The notes beneath the pieces are model-generated. The model was not told where the DNA came from. It searched no databases and saw only the letters and a program-made list of their open reading frames with translations. A DNA stretch of 64,000 nt from Chitinophaga pinensis (GTDB lineage Bacteria > Bacteroidota > Bacteroidia > UKL13-3). A program made the translations under genes and the position numbers. Every line of letters starts with the position of its first letter. Position 1 is the first letter of the stretch. Where the stretch lies: positions 6,353 to 70,352 of the forward strand of contig CAMAWM010000008.1 in assembly GCA_945861965.1 (NCBI GenBank), given 5' to 3'. This document shows positions 18,508 through 27,691 of the stretch, one piece after another.

Positions 18508-19950
18508 ATGTCTATAAATATCATACTTTATTCGGTAATTGCTTATTTCGGATTGCTGCTTTTAATAGCGTGGTACACTTCGCGCAATGCCGATACCAAT
18601 TCGTATTTTAAAGGCAACAAACAATCGCCTTGGTTTATTGTAGCTTTTGGATTAATTGGCGATTCGCTTTCGGGAGTTACATTTATTTCTGTTCCGGGCG
18701 ATGTGGGTAAAAATGATTTCAGCTATTTGCAAATGGTATTGGGTTATGTGATTGGTTATTTGGTGATAGCTCAAGTTTTGTTGCCACTTTATTACCGACT
18801 AAATTTAACATCGATTTACAGTTATTTGGGACAGCGCTTCGGAAAATTATCACAAAAAAGCGGTTCGTTTTTCTTTTTACTTTCAAGGCTGGTTGGTGCT
18901 GCGTTTCGTTTATACATTGCGCTGATTGTTTTGGATATTTATTTTTTCAAAGCATTTAATATTCCATTTGCTCTTTCTGCAAGTATTGTCATTGCATTAA
19001 TTTTGCTTTACACATACAAAGGCGGTATAAAAACATTGGTGTGGACCGATACCTTACAATCTTGTTTTTTATTGCTGGGCGTTTTTATGTCCCTTTATGT
19101 AATATCAAGTGAATTGAATTTTAGTTTTTCGGACATGATAACTGCTGTCAAAGAAAGTCCACACAGTCGCGTTTTCTTTTTTGATGATTGGCTAAGCAAA
19201 AACAATTTCTTTAAACAGTTTTTGGGCGGAATGTTTATCGCAATAGTAATGACCGGACTTGACCAAAACATGATGCAAAAAAATCTGAGTTGTCGAACAT
19301 TGGCTGATGCACAAAAAAATATTCGTTGGTTTAGTATCGTAGTTGTATTAATCAATTTGCTTTTTCTATCGCTTGGCGCATTGTTGTACATTTATGCTCA
19401 ATCAAAAAACATTTCGCTTCCAACAAAAACCGATCAATTATTTCCGTTAATTGCATTGAATTATATTGGTGGAATTGGTGCAATATTTTTTATTCTTGGC
19501 ATTACAGCTGCAACATTTAGCAGTGCCGATAGCGTGCTTACAACACTTACAACTTCATTTTGCATCGATTTTTTAAATTACGATGAGAAACACGAAAGCC
19601 AAAAATCAAAACGCAAACGCCAACTCATTCACGTTTCGTTTGCTTTATTGCTTTTAGTAATTATTCTAATTTTTAAAGAGTGGAACAATGAATCTATAAT
19701 TGGTCAAGTGTTTAAATTTGCAGGATTTACATACGGGCCACTTTTGGGTTTATTTGCTTTCGGATTGTTTAATAAATCAAAAGTAAACGACCGATTGGTT
19801 CCATTGGTTTGTTGCGTTTCGCCTATCGTTTGTTTTGTAATCGATGCTAATTCTAAAGCGTGGTTTGGCGGTTTGGAATTTGGAAATTCTATGCTGATTT
19901 TAAATGGCCTAATAACTTTTGCAGGACTTTGGTTTATTAGTAAAAAATAA
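18508..19950 (+). CDS. Sodium:solute symporter (SSS) family transporter
   Basis: 13-14 predicted TM helices. The N-terminal AWYTSRNADTNSYFKGNKQSPWFIVAFGLIGDSLSGVTFISVPG resembles the SSS family. ATG at 18508 (track start 18502 is TTG). Confidence 0.75.
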   Translation: MSINIILYSVIAYFGLLLLIAWYTSRNADTNSYFKGNKQSPWFIVAFGLIGDSLSGVTFISVPGDVGKNDFSYLQMVLGYVIGYLVIAQVLLPLYYRLNLTSIYSYLGQRFGKLSQKSGSFFFLLSRLVGAAFRLYIALIVLDIYFFKAFNIPFALSASIVIALILLYTYKGGIKTLVWTDTLQSCFLLLGVFMSLYVISSELNFSFSDMITAVKESPHSRVFFFDDWLSKNNFFKQFLGGMFIAIVMTGLDQNMMQKNLSCRTLADAQKNIRWFSIVVVLINLLFLSLGALLYIYAQSKNISLPTKTDQLFPLIALNYIGGIGAIFFILGITAATFSSADSVLTTLTTSFCIDFLNYDEKHESQKSKRKRQLIHVSFALLLLVIILIFKEWNNESIIGQVFKFAGFTYGPLLGLFAFGLFNKSKVNDRLVPLVCCVSPIVCFVIDANSKAWFGGLEFGNSMLILNGLITFAGLWFISKK

Positions 19951-19963
19951 AAGCAAAGTTTTG

Positions 19964-20881
19964 TTAAACTCTTGCAACAACTCTTTGGTTGCTTGTTTTC
20001 CAAACTGTTTTTAGCAACAAATCTAAACCACTTACAAATGCCGTAAGAGGAATGTTGTTCAAACTCCAAAACTTTGAGAAAGGAATTTTTTTATCAAAAA
20101 ACAAATGATGCATGCTTTGAACCCAAAACGCAGGACTCAATAAAAACTCTTGTCGTACAATTGCAAATCCCTGTTTTTCTAAATGCATTTGCAAAGTTTT
20201 GTCTGAATAGATATTAAAGTGACGCGGTATATGATATCCACCCCAATATTTATTTTTGAAAATCTGATGATCCAGTGAATCAAAATTTGGGGTTTCAATG
20301 ATAACAATGCCACCGTGATTTAAAATTTCTTTGCACTTTATCAAAATCGCATCTGGATTGTACAAATGCTCAATTAATTGATTCATGATAATGCAATCGT
20401 ATTTTTTTTCGAACGCAATGGTTTCAAAATTTCCAAGTTTAAAATGAATGCCTTTTCCTTTTAATCTTTCCAGTCTTTTTTCTTCAAATTCATTGGCTGT
20501 CAAATCCCAAGTTTCGGGACCAAAACGTTTGAGCGATTCAATTAAAATCCCACTTCCACTTCCTATTTCAATAATATTTGCTTTTGCAGGAATGTATTTT
20601 TTGTAATCATTTACTTTGCTCATCTGCACCTTATCGCGCATAAATTTAACCACAGGATTCAACGCAGATTCAAATTGATAGGGCTGATAATTATCCGGAT
20701 AAATTACTGGCAACTCTTGTACATCAGGAACATTTTTTAAAAACAAATGTCCACATTCATCACAATTTACATAATGAAAATCAAGAGTTGATGTCTCGTA
20801 TTCGTAATCTGTACCTGTTGTGTGAAGCGAATTTTTTTTTGAGCCACAGATATTACAACTTTCAATTTCTACTAGTTTCAT
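19964..20881 (-). CDS. Class I SAM-dependent methyltransferase with N-terminal C4 zinc-ribbon
   Basis: CNICGS...CDECGH is the zinc ribbon. Then NIIEIGSGSGILIESL (motif I) and DCIIMNQLIEHLYNP (motif II). Confidence 0.65.
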   Translation of the reverse strand: MKLVEIESCNICGSKKNSLHTTGTDYEYETSTLDFHYVNCDECGHLFLKNVPDVQELPVIYPDNYQPYQFESALNPVVKFMRDKVQMSKVNDYKKYIPAKANIIEIGSGSGILIESLKRFGPETWDLTANEFEEKRLERLKGKGIHFKLGNFETIAFEKKYDCIIMNQLIEHLYNPDAILIKCKEILNHGGIVIIETPNFDSLDHQIFKNKYWGGYHIPRHFNIYSDKTLQMHLEKQGFAIVRQEFLLSPAFWVQSMHHLFFDKKIPFSKFWSLNNIPLTAFVSGLDLLLKTVWKTSNQRVVARV

Positions 20882-20915
20882 TCAAGGCAATGATACTGAT
20901 TTTGGAATTATTAAG

Positions 20916-21860
20916 TTAGCGCTTTGGAGTATTTAATATTGGCAGCGCCTTAAAAAAATTCTTTATGTGATTAAAGTACGAATTGCGAGTGTGAGTTGAA
21001 TAGTTGTATTCGTTTTGTTGCATCAGTATTTTTAATTTTGGTAAATTGTAATAGGGGATATACATGTATTCGTGATGCTCGTAATGAAAATTCATGTTGT
21101 GAGGCGACACGATAAATAACTCTAAAAATGGTCCATCAAAAGTAAACAATCGGTTTGATGGGCTGTTGTCAGGTTCCATAATACTGTGCTCCGCAAAACT
21201 ACGAATTGTGTTTAACGGAACCATCACACCAAAAACCGCAAATCCCCAAATTATAAAATAATACAGCCATCCAAGTGTAAAATAAAAAATGCTGAAAACA
21301 ATTAATTGACTTACTAAAATAGCAAACACATCTTCGGCCAAACCTTCGGGAGTTGATGCTGGCATTTCTTTTTCTTTGATATCTGTTTTTACAATTCCAA
21401 AAAGTTTAAATGCGATTTTAAAAACAAATCCAAATCCAAAAACCATCAATACCCAAGTGTAAAATTTGCTGCGCGTGTCTTTGTCGCTTGCTTTGTAGTA
21501 TTGCCAATCTTTGTCCTCCATGCTCGAAAATTTTCCGTGATGATTCAAATGGTTTTTTCTGTTCAAACTCATCGGGGTAAATTGTATTGCGAGCAAAATA
21601 TATCTCGTAATAAAATCGTTGATTTTTTTATTTTCATTGATTGCAAAATGCAATCCATCGTGCGCAATAATTTGCAAGCGATAAATAAAAATTCCTGAAA
21701 TAATAATTGACAATATCAAAACATACACATTCTGAAAATATGCATAAGCAACTATGCTGAGCACAATGGCAGCATAATCTACCAACAAATCTTTAATCGG
21801 AATTATAGGATTGCGTTCCTTTAATTCTTGCGGCAATGCTATGCGTTTGGATTCATTCAC
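20916..21860 (-). CDS. Membrane fatty-acid desaturase family protein
   Basis: Three histidine boxes, HDGLHF, HLNHH and EHHEYMYIPY, plus multiple TM segments. GTG start at the top of the ORF. Confidence 0.7.
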   Translation of the reverse strand: MNESKRIALPQELKERNPIIPIKDLLVDYAAIVLSIVAYAYFQNVYVLILSIIISGIFIYRLQIIAHDGLHFAINENKKINDFITRYILLAIQFTPMSLNRKNHLNHHGKFSSMEDKDWQYYKASDKDTRSKFYTWVLMVFGFGFVFKIAFKLFGIVKTDIKEKEMPASTPEGLAEDVFAILVSQLIVFSIFYFTLGWLYYFIIWGFAVFGVMVPLNTIRSFAEHSIMEPDNSPSNRLFTFDGPFLELFIVSPHNMNFHYEHHEYMYIPYYNLPKLKILMQQNEYNYSTHTRNSYFNHIKNFFKALPILNTPKR

Positions 21861-21899
21861 GTTTCAAAAATAAGCTATCGAGTTTTCAATTCAAATTTT

Positions 21900-22472
21900 T
21901 TATCTGAACCATATTTCAGCCATTGTCAAAGTATAATTGACAAAAGCGTTTAATCCAATTTCATACTCACCGGTTTCTGTAAAATTTCCGTCTTCGTCTA
22001 ACATGTTATTGGTAAAATGCGATTCGAAAATCTTGGCCGAAACTACAGAATGACTTTGCGTATAGCCAATAATTTTATTGGAAATTTGCATCAAATGAAG
22101 GCAGGGCGCTTTCCCACCTTTGCCACTGCTAACGCCTACAAACGCAAAAATTTTATTGTTAAACAATTTTTTGAATTCTGCCTCTCCAAAAATATCAAAC
22201 ATGTTTAAAAGTTCCGGTGTAATGCTCCAATTGTATTCGGGCGAAACCATAATAATGATATTCGACTCTGAAAGATTTTCAATTAAGTTTTTTTGAAAAT
22301 CGCTTAATTTATTTTTATTCAATCCGCCTTGTGCCATTAATGGAATGTCGTAAGTGCGAAAATCTATTATGCTTGCTGTATGCTTTTTTTCAAGCAGTTT
22401 GAGTAATGCTTTAGCTACACGAATCGAATTGTTGTTTTCTCTTGCCGATCCTGAAATTATGGTTGCTCTCAT
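21900..22472 (-). CDS. NAD(P)H-dependent FMN reductase (flavodoxin-like fold)
   Basis: 190 aa. MRATIISGSARENNNS...IIMVSPEYNWSI matches the NADPH-dependent FMN reductase family. Its start overlaps the meaB stop by 4 nt. Confidence 0.7.
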   Translation of the reverse strand: MRATIISGSARENNNSIRVAKALLKLLEKKHTASIIDFRTYDIPLMAQGGLNKNKLSDFQKNLIENLSESNIIIMVSPEYNWSITPELLNMFDIFGEAEFKKLFNNKIFAFVGVSSGKGGKAPCLHLMQISNKIIGYTQSHSVVSAKIFESHFTNNMLDEDGNFTETGEYEIGLNAFVNYTLTMAEIWFR

Positions 22473-23371
22473 ACGTAATATTTTTTAACAAAACGATACA
22501 AATTAAAGTTTTCGTTTTGCATTTCTTCTTTTATTTTTTGTTCTAAATCTGTAATCACAATATTTTTTGTTCTCTGATTTTTAATTGCCATCAAAGCTTT
22601 TTCAGCCAACAAAAAACTTTTTTTATTGCTTCTATTTTGATATGCAACATGTTTGCAAATTGCATCAAACAATTCGGGCATTCCATCGTATGTAGTTGCA
22701 ATAGTTTTTATCACTTGCGTTTCCCAATCTAGCTTCGAATTGCTGTGAGCTAGTGCACATAAATTTTTATAAAAAATGTCTGCGCCATCTCTATCTGATT
22801 TGTTCAACACAAACACATCTGCAATTTCCATCACACCACTTTTTAGCGTTTGAATTTCATCACCAGCTTCGGGTACCAATACCAAAACAGTGGTATCGGC
22901 AAGCGCTGCAATCTCCACTTCACTTTGCCCTACACCAACCGTTTCTATTAACACAAAATCAAAATCTGCTGATTTTAAAATATCTGCCACTTCAAAAATT
23001 TTTGGCGCAAGACCACCCAAACTTCCTCGCGTTGCCATGCTGCGAATAAAAATATCGGGATGCAAAAAATGTTCGCTCATTCGCAATCTGTCGCCCATTA
23101 ATGCGCCCTGATTAAATGGCGAACTTGGATCGATTGCAATTATTGCAACTTTCTTTTTTTGATCAATTAAATATTTTGTGAACGCATTTATTAGAGTGCT
23201 TTTTCCAGCTCCAGGTGGGCCTGTAATGCCAATAATGGGGACATATTTTTTAATTTGTAATTGCTCTAAAATTTCTTCGTATCCATCTGTTTCGTTTTCT
23301 ACAAATGAAATGATACGCGCCAATGCTCGCCTATCGCCTTGTTGACTATTTTTTAAATTTTCGTTTTGCAT
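22469..23371 (-). CDS. meaB: MeaB/ArgK-type G3E P-loop GTPase (B12-enzyme chaperone)
   Basis: GITGPPGAGKSTLINAF (P-loop), IDPSSPFNQGALMGDRLRM, ETVGVGQSE and NKSD. The start codon directly abuts the metH stop (23371/23372). Confidence 0.85.
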   Translation of the reverse strand: MQNENLKNSQQGDRRALARIISFVENETDGYEEILEQLQIKKYVPIIGITGPPGAGKSTLINAFTKYLIDQKKKVAIIAIDPSSPFNQGALMGDRLRMSEHFLHPDIFIRSMATRGSLGGLAPKIFEVADILKSADFDFVLIETVGVGQSEVEIAALADTTVLVLVPEAGDEIQTLKSGVMEIADVFVLNKSDRDGADIFYKNLCALAHSNSKLDWETQVIKTIATTYDGMPELFDAICKHVAYQNRSNKKSFLLAEKALMAIKNQRTKNIVITDLEQKIKEEMQNENFNLYRFVKKYYV

Positions 23372-26062
23372 TTAATTGTCATAACTCAAATTTGGTCCAA
23401 GCCATTTCTCAACAAATTCAACCGTTTCGCCTTTGCGTTTTGCATAATCTTCAACTTGGTCTTTTTGAATTTTCCCCACAGCAAAATATTTGCTTTCGGC
23501 ATGAGAAAAATAAAAACCACTAACCGAAGCCGCTGGATACATTGCAAAGTTTTCGGTCAGTATTATTCCTGTTTCCGATTCAACATTTAGCAAATCAAAT
23601 AATTTTCTTTTTTCTGTATGATCTGGACAAGCAGGATAACCGGGAGCAGGACGAATTCCATCGTATTTTTCTTTGATGATTTCCTCCACGCTTATGTTTT
23701 CATTTTTGGCATACGCCCAATATTCTTTGCGAACCAACTCGTGCATTTTTTCGGCAAATGCTTCGGCTAATCTGTCGGCAATTGCTTTTATCATGATGCT
23801 TTGGTAATCGTCATGATCTTTTTCAAATGCATCCACCAAGGATTCAATTCCTATTCCTGCCGTTACCGCAAATCCGCCCATATAATCTTGAATTCCGCTG
23901 TCTTTTGCTGCAATAAAATCGCTCAGACATAAATAATTTTGATCGGATGCCTTTTCATTTTGTTGACGTAAAAAATGTAAAACAATTTCGAATTTCGGAT
24001 TTTCGATTTCGGATTTTATTTCAATGTCATCTCCAATTGAATTTGCTTCCCAAAAACCAATTACACCTTTTGCTTTCAATAATTTTTTGCTGATGACTTC
24101 GTCTAACATTTTATTCGCATCGTCAAACAATTTTTTTGACTCAATGCCAATTATTTGGTCATCAAAAATAGCTGGATATTTTCCGCTCAATTCCCATGTT
24201 TGAAAAAATGGAGTCCAATCAATGCTGCCTCTCAATTGCTCTAACGAAAAATCATCAAATACTTTTGTTCCTAAAAATATGGGTTTAACAATAGCATTAA
24301 ATTCTAATTTCATTTTGTGTTCTCTTGCTTTTTTAATCGACACAAAATTCTTGTCTTTTTTTCTATTTTTATAGTCAATACGAAACTGTTCGTAATCGGC
24401 TTTAAATTTTTTCTTGGTAGCGTCTCTTTGTGTTTTGCTGATTAAACTTTGCGCTACCGGAACACTTTTGCTAGCATCAAGTACGTGTACAACTGGTCCT
24501 GAATAATGGGGATCAATTTTTACCGATGTGTGCGCCCGCGAAGTTGTCGCTCCGCCAATGAGTAGCGGCAAGTCCATTCCCAATCTCTCCATTTCTTTTG
24601 CAACATGTACCATTTCGTCCAAGCTTGGTGTAATCAATCCGCTTAAACCGATAACGTCTACATTTTCTTCAATTGCTTTTGCTATAATTTTTTCGGCAGG
24701 TACCATAACGCCCATATCAATTATTTCAAAATTATTGCAAGCAAGAACAACGCCCACAATATTTTTTCCAATATCGTGCACATCGCCTTTTACTGTTGCC
24801 ATTAAAATGCGTCCTTGATTTGTGCTCATGTTTCCGCTTTTGCGTTTTTCTTCGTCCATAAAAGGCATCAGATAGGCGACTGCTTTTTTCATCACACGCG
24901 CACTTTTTACTACTTGCGGCAAAAACATTTTTCCCTGACCAAACAAATCGCCCACTATATTCATTCCGGCCATCAACGGACCTTCGATTACTTCCAAAGG
25001 TTTTGGAAATTTCTGTCTGGCTTCTTCGGTATCGGTATCTATAAATTCTACAATTCCTTTTACCAATGCGTGGCTCAATCTATCTTCAACAGTGCCTTTT
25101 CGCCATTCATCGTCTATAACTGCAACCTTGCCTTTTCCTTTCACACGTTCGGCAAGTTCCAATAATCTTTCTGTAGCATCATCTCTTCTATCGAGCAAAA
25201 CATCTTCAACATATTCCAACAATTCTTTGTCAATTTCATCGTACACTTCAAGCTGGCTTGGGTTTACAATTCCCATGTCCATTCCATGTTTTATGCCATG
25301 ATACAAAAATGCTGAGTGCATTGCTTCGCGCACTTTGTCGTTTCCGCGAAATGAGAACGAAACATTGGAAACGCCACCTGAAATTTTTGCTCCGGGCAAA
25401 TTTTCTTTAATCCATTTTGTACCCAAAAAGTAATCAAGCGCATTTCTACGATGCTCTTCCATGCCTGTTGCGACAGGAAAAATATTGGGGTCGAAAATAA
25501 TATCCCCTGCCGGAAAATGAACTTTTTCGGTAAGTATCCGATAGGCTCGTTCGGCAATTTCAATTCGTCTTTCGTAATTATCGGCTTGCCCTTTTTCATC
25601 AAACAACATGACAATAACTGCTGCACCAAATCGCTTAACAATTTTTGCTTGATGAATAAATTCTTCTTCACCACCTTTCATTGAAATAGAATTTACTATG
25701 CATTTGCCTTGAACACATTTCAACCCTGCATAAATAATTTCCCATTTGCTGCTGTCAATCATTACTGGAACTCGTGCAATATCTGGCTCTGATGCAATGA
25801 GGTTTAAAAATCTAACCATCGATTCTACGCCATCAATCATTCCTTCGTCCATATTTACATCAATGATTTGAGCACCGCCATCAACCTGCTCGCGAGCAAC
25901 AGAAAGTGCTTCGTCAAATTGATTTTCTCTAATTAATCGAAGAAATTTTTTTGATCCTGTAACATTGGTTCGTTCGCCAACATTTATAAAGTTTGAACCC
26001 TCGTAAATAACAAGTGGCTCAAGCCCCGAAAGTCGTAATGTATAATCTTTTGTTTCTGACAT
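23372..26062 (-). CDS. metH: Cobalamin-dependent methionine synthase. Only the pterin-binding, B12-binding and AdoMet reactivation domains are present. The N-terminal homocysteine-binding domain is absent.
   Basis: Begins ...[20 protein letters not shown] (start of the pterin/folate-binding barrel). It contains [14 protein letters not shown] (B12-binding DxHxxG) and a C-terminal reactivation domain. At 896 aa it is shorter than the roughly 1230 aa of full-length MetH. Confidence 0.85.
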   Translation of the reverse strand: MSETKDYTLRLSGLEPLVIYEGSNFINVGERTNVTGSKKFLRLIRENQFDEALSVAREQVDGGAQIIDVNMDEGMIDGVESMVRFLNLIASEPDIARVPVMIDSSKWEIIYAGLKCVQGKCIVNSISMKGGEEEFIHQAKIVKRFGAAVIVMLFDEKGQADNYERRIEIAERAYRILTEKVHFPAGDIIFDPNIFPVATGMEEHRRNALDYFLGTKWIKENLPGAKISGGVSNVSFSFRGNDKVREAMHSAFLYHGIKHGMDMGIVNPSQLEVYDEIDKELLEYVEDVLLDRRDDATERLLELAERVKGKGKVAVIDDEWRKGTVEDRLSHALVKGIVEFIDTDTEEARQKFPKPLEVIEGPLMAGMNIVGDLFGQGKMFLPQVVKSARVMKKAVAYLMPFMDEEKRKSGNMSTNQGRILMATVKGDVHDIGKNIVGVVLACNNFEIIDMGVMVPAEKIIAKAIEENVDVIGLSGLITPSLDEMVHVAKEMERLGMDLPLLIGGATTSRAHTSVKIDPHYSGPVVHVLDASKSVPVAQSLISKTQRDATKKKFKADYEQFRIDYKNRKKDKNFVSIKKAREHKMKLEFNAIVKPIFLGTKVFDDFSLEQLRGSIDWTPFFQTWELSGKYPAIFDDQIIGIESKKLFDDANKMLDEVISKKLLKAKGVIGFWEANSIGDDIEIKSEIENPKFEIVLHFLRQQNEKASDQNYLCLSDFIAAKDSGIQDYMGGFAVTAGIGIESLVDAFEKDHDDYQSIMIKAIADRLAEAFAEKMHELVRKEYWAYAKNENISVEEIIKEKYDGIRPAPGYPACPDHTEKRKLFDLLNVESETGIILTENFAMYPAASVSGFYFSHAESKYFAVGKIQKDQVEDYAKRKGETVEFVEKWLGPNLSYDN

Positions 26063-26208
26063 CGTTTTTACGCTAATCTATCTAATACCTAAAAGCTAGG
26101 CAGCTAAATCTAAAATTTTCCAAATCTAATAAAATCAAGCTAAAGTCTTTGAGAAAGGTAAGGATGTATTTGTTTTTTTCTTTACTTTTGAATAATAATC
26201 ACAGATTT

Positions 26209-26439
26209 ATGAAAAAATTTCTGCTTGTTTTTACTTTCCCTACAATTGTTTTTGGCGGAACTGGAAATTCTGGTTTAAACAGCGAACTGCTTTATATTTA
26301 CGGAGCTGTAATTGTATTTATATTAATCGTTTTAGGGATTGATAAATTAATCAAATTCGTCCGCGCTAAATTAAAAGAACGAAGTGAAAAACTTCAAGAA
26401 CAAAATCAGCAACAGGAAAATCCAGATTCAGAAATTTAA
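26209..26439 (+). CDS. Small predicted membrane protein, hypothetical
   Basis: MKKFLLVFTFPTIVFGG...IYGAVIVFILIVLGI gives two hydrophobic segments, then a charged Gln-rich tail. Weak support. It occupies the otherwise empty space upstream of metH. Confidence 0.3.
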   Translation: MKKFLLVFTFPTIVFGGTGNSGLNSELLYIYGAVIVFILIVLGIDKLIKFVRAKLKERSEKLQEQNQQQENPDSEI

Positions 26440-26453
26440 AGAATCAAAAAGTA

Positions 26454-27569
26454 TTATTCCAATACTTTCTCAACTGGAACGTACGGAAGATTAAACGCAT
26501 CCGATACGCCTTTGTAAACTACTTTTCCGCTAACTACATTTAATCCAAGTTTCAACTCTTCGTTTTCTTTGCATGCTTTTTTCCAACCTTTGTTTGCCAA
26601 CTGCAAAGCATAGGGCAAAGTTGCGTTTGTAAGTGCAAGTGTCGATGTGTAAGGAACCGCTCCGGGCATGTTAGCCACACAGTAATGAATTATTCCATCA
26701 ATTACATAGGTTGGATCTTCGTGTGTGGTGGGTTTGCAAGTTTCAATACATCCACCTTGATCAACGGCAACGTCAACCAAAACCGTTCCTGGTTTCATAA
26801 TTTTGAGCATTTCGCGAGTAACCAAATGAGGGGCTTTTGCGCCAGGAATTAAAACAGCACCAACAACCAAATCAGCATGTTTCAAAGCTTCGCGAATATT
26901 GTATTCGTTTGAAAAAACAGTTTTAACATTGGCGGGTAAAATATCATCCAACTCGCGCAAGCGTGGAATTGAAATATCCATAATGGTAACATCTGCAGCC
27001 ATTCCAGCCGCCATTTTTGCAGCTTGTGTTCCAACAATTCCGCCACCTAAAATCAACACATTTGCAGGTTTCACTCCCGGAACTCCACCAAGCAAAATAC
27101 CTCTTCCGCCCATTGGTTTTTCTAAATATTTTGCGCCCTCTTGAATGCTCATTCGTCCAGCCACTTCACTCATTGGAACAAGCAAAGGTAGACTGCGATC
27201 TTTTTTCTCAACCGTTTCGTATGCAAGGCAAACCGCTTTGCTTTTTAGCATTGCTTTTGTTAGCGGTTCGTAGCTGGCAAAGTGAAAATAAGTGAACAAC
27301 AATTGCCCTTCTTTTATCAAAGGATATTCTACTTTTATCGGCTCTTTCACCTTAATAATCATGTCCGATTTTTTATATATTTCGGCAATGGTTTTTAAAA
27401 TTGAAGCACCTGCTTTTTTGTATTCCTCATCGCTAAATCCGCTTCCATTTCCGGCTGTGGATTGAACAAAAAGTTTGTGTCCAGCTTTGGTAAGTGCTGA
27501 TATGCCGGCAGGTGTTAAGCCCACTCGATTTTCGTTATTTTTAATTTCTTTCGGAACACCTATTATCAT
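26454..27569 (-). CDS. ald: Alanine dehydrogenase
   Basis: MIIGVPKEIKNNENRVGLTPAG is the canonical Ald N-terminus. It also has the NAD-binding GGGIVGTQAAKMAAGMAADVTIMD. The track ORF extends spuriously upstream, so I chose the ATG at 27567-27569. Confidence 0.9.
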   Translation of the reverse strand: MIIGVPKEIKNNENRVGLTPAGISALTKAGHKLFVQSTAGNGSGFSDEEYKKAGASILKTIAEIYKKSDMIIKVKEPIKVEYPLIKEGQLLFTYFHFASYEPLTKAMLKSKAVCLAYETVEKKDRSLPLLVPMSEVAGRMSIQEGAKYLEKPMGGRGILLGGVPGVKPANVLILGGGIVGTQAAKMAAGMAADVTIMDISIPRLRELDDILPANVKTVFSNEYNIREALKHADLVVGAVLIPGAKAPHLVTREMLKIMKPGTVLVDVAVDQGGCIETCKPTTHEDPTYVIDGIIHYCVANMPGAVPYTSTLALTNATLPYALQLANKGWKKACKENEELKLGLNVVSGKVVYKGVSDAFNLPYVPVEKVLE

Positions 27570-27691
27570 GGTTGTTTTTATTTGATTTTGGGGCTGCAAA
27601 TTAGTTTTAAAATTTGAAATAGAAAATTGAGTTGTGGCAGGAAAATACTTTAGTTTAATATAATAAAAATAAAGGCACTTAAGAATTGCAA

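Noticed and set aside
26063-26148. Looked for a cobalamin or SAM riboswitch in the metH leader
   Set aside because: The 86-nt leader is too short and lacks the B12-box (…AGYCMGgAgaCCkGCc…) or an S-box consensus. No riboswitch is claimed.
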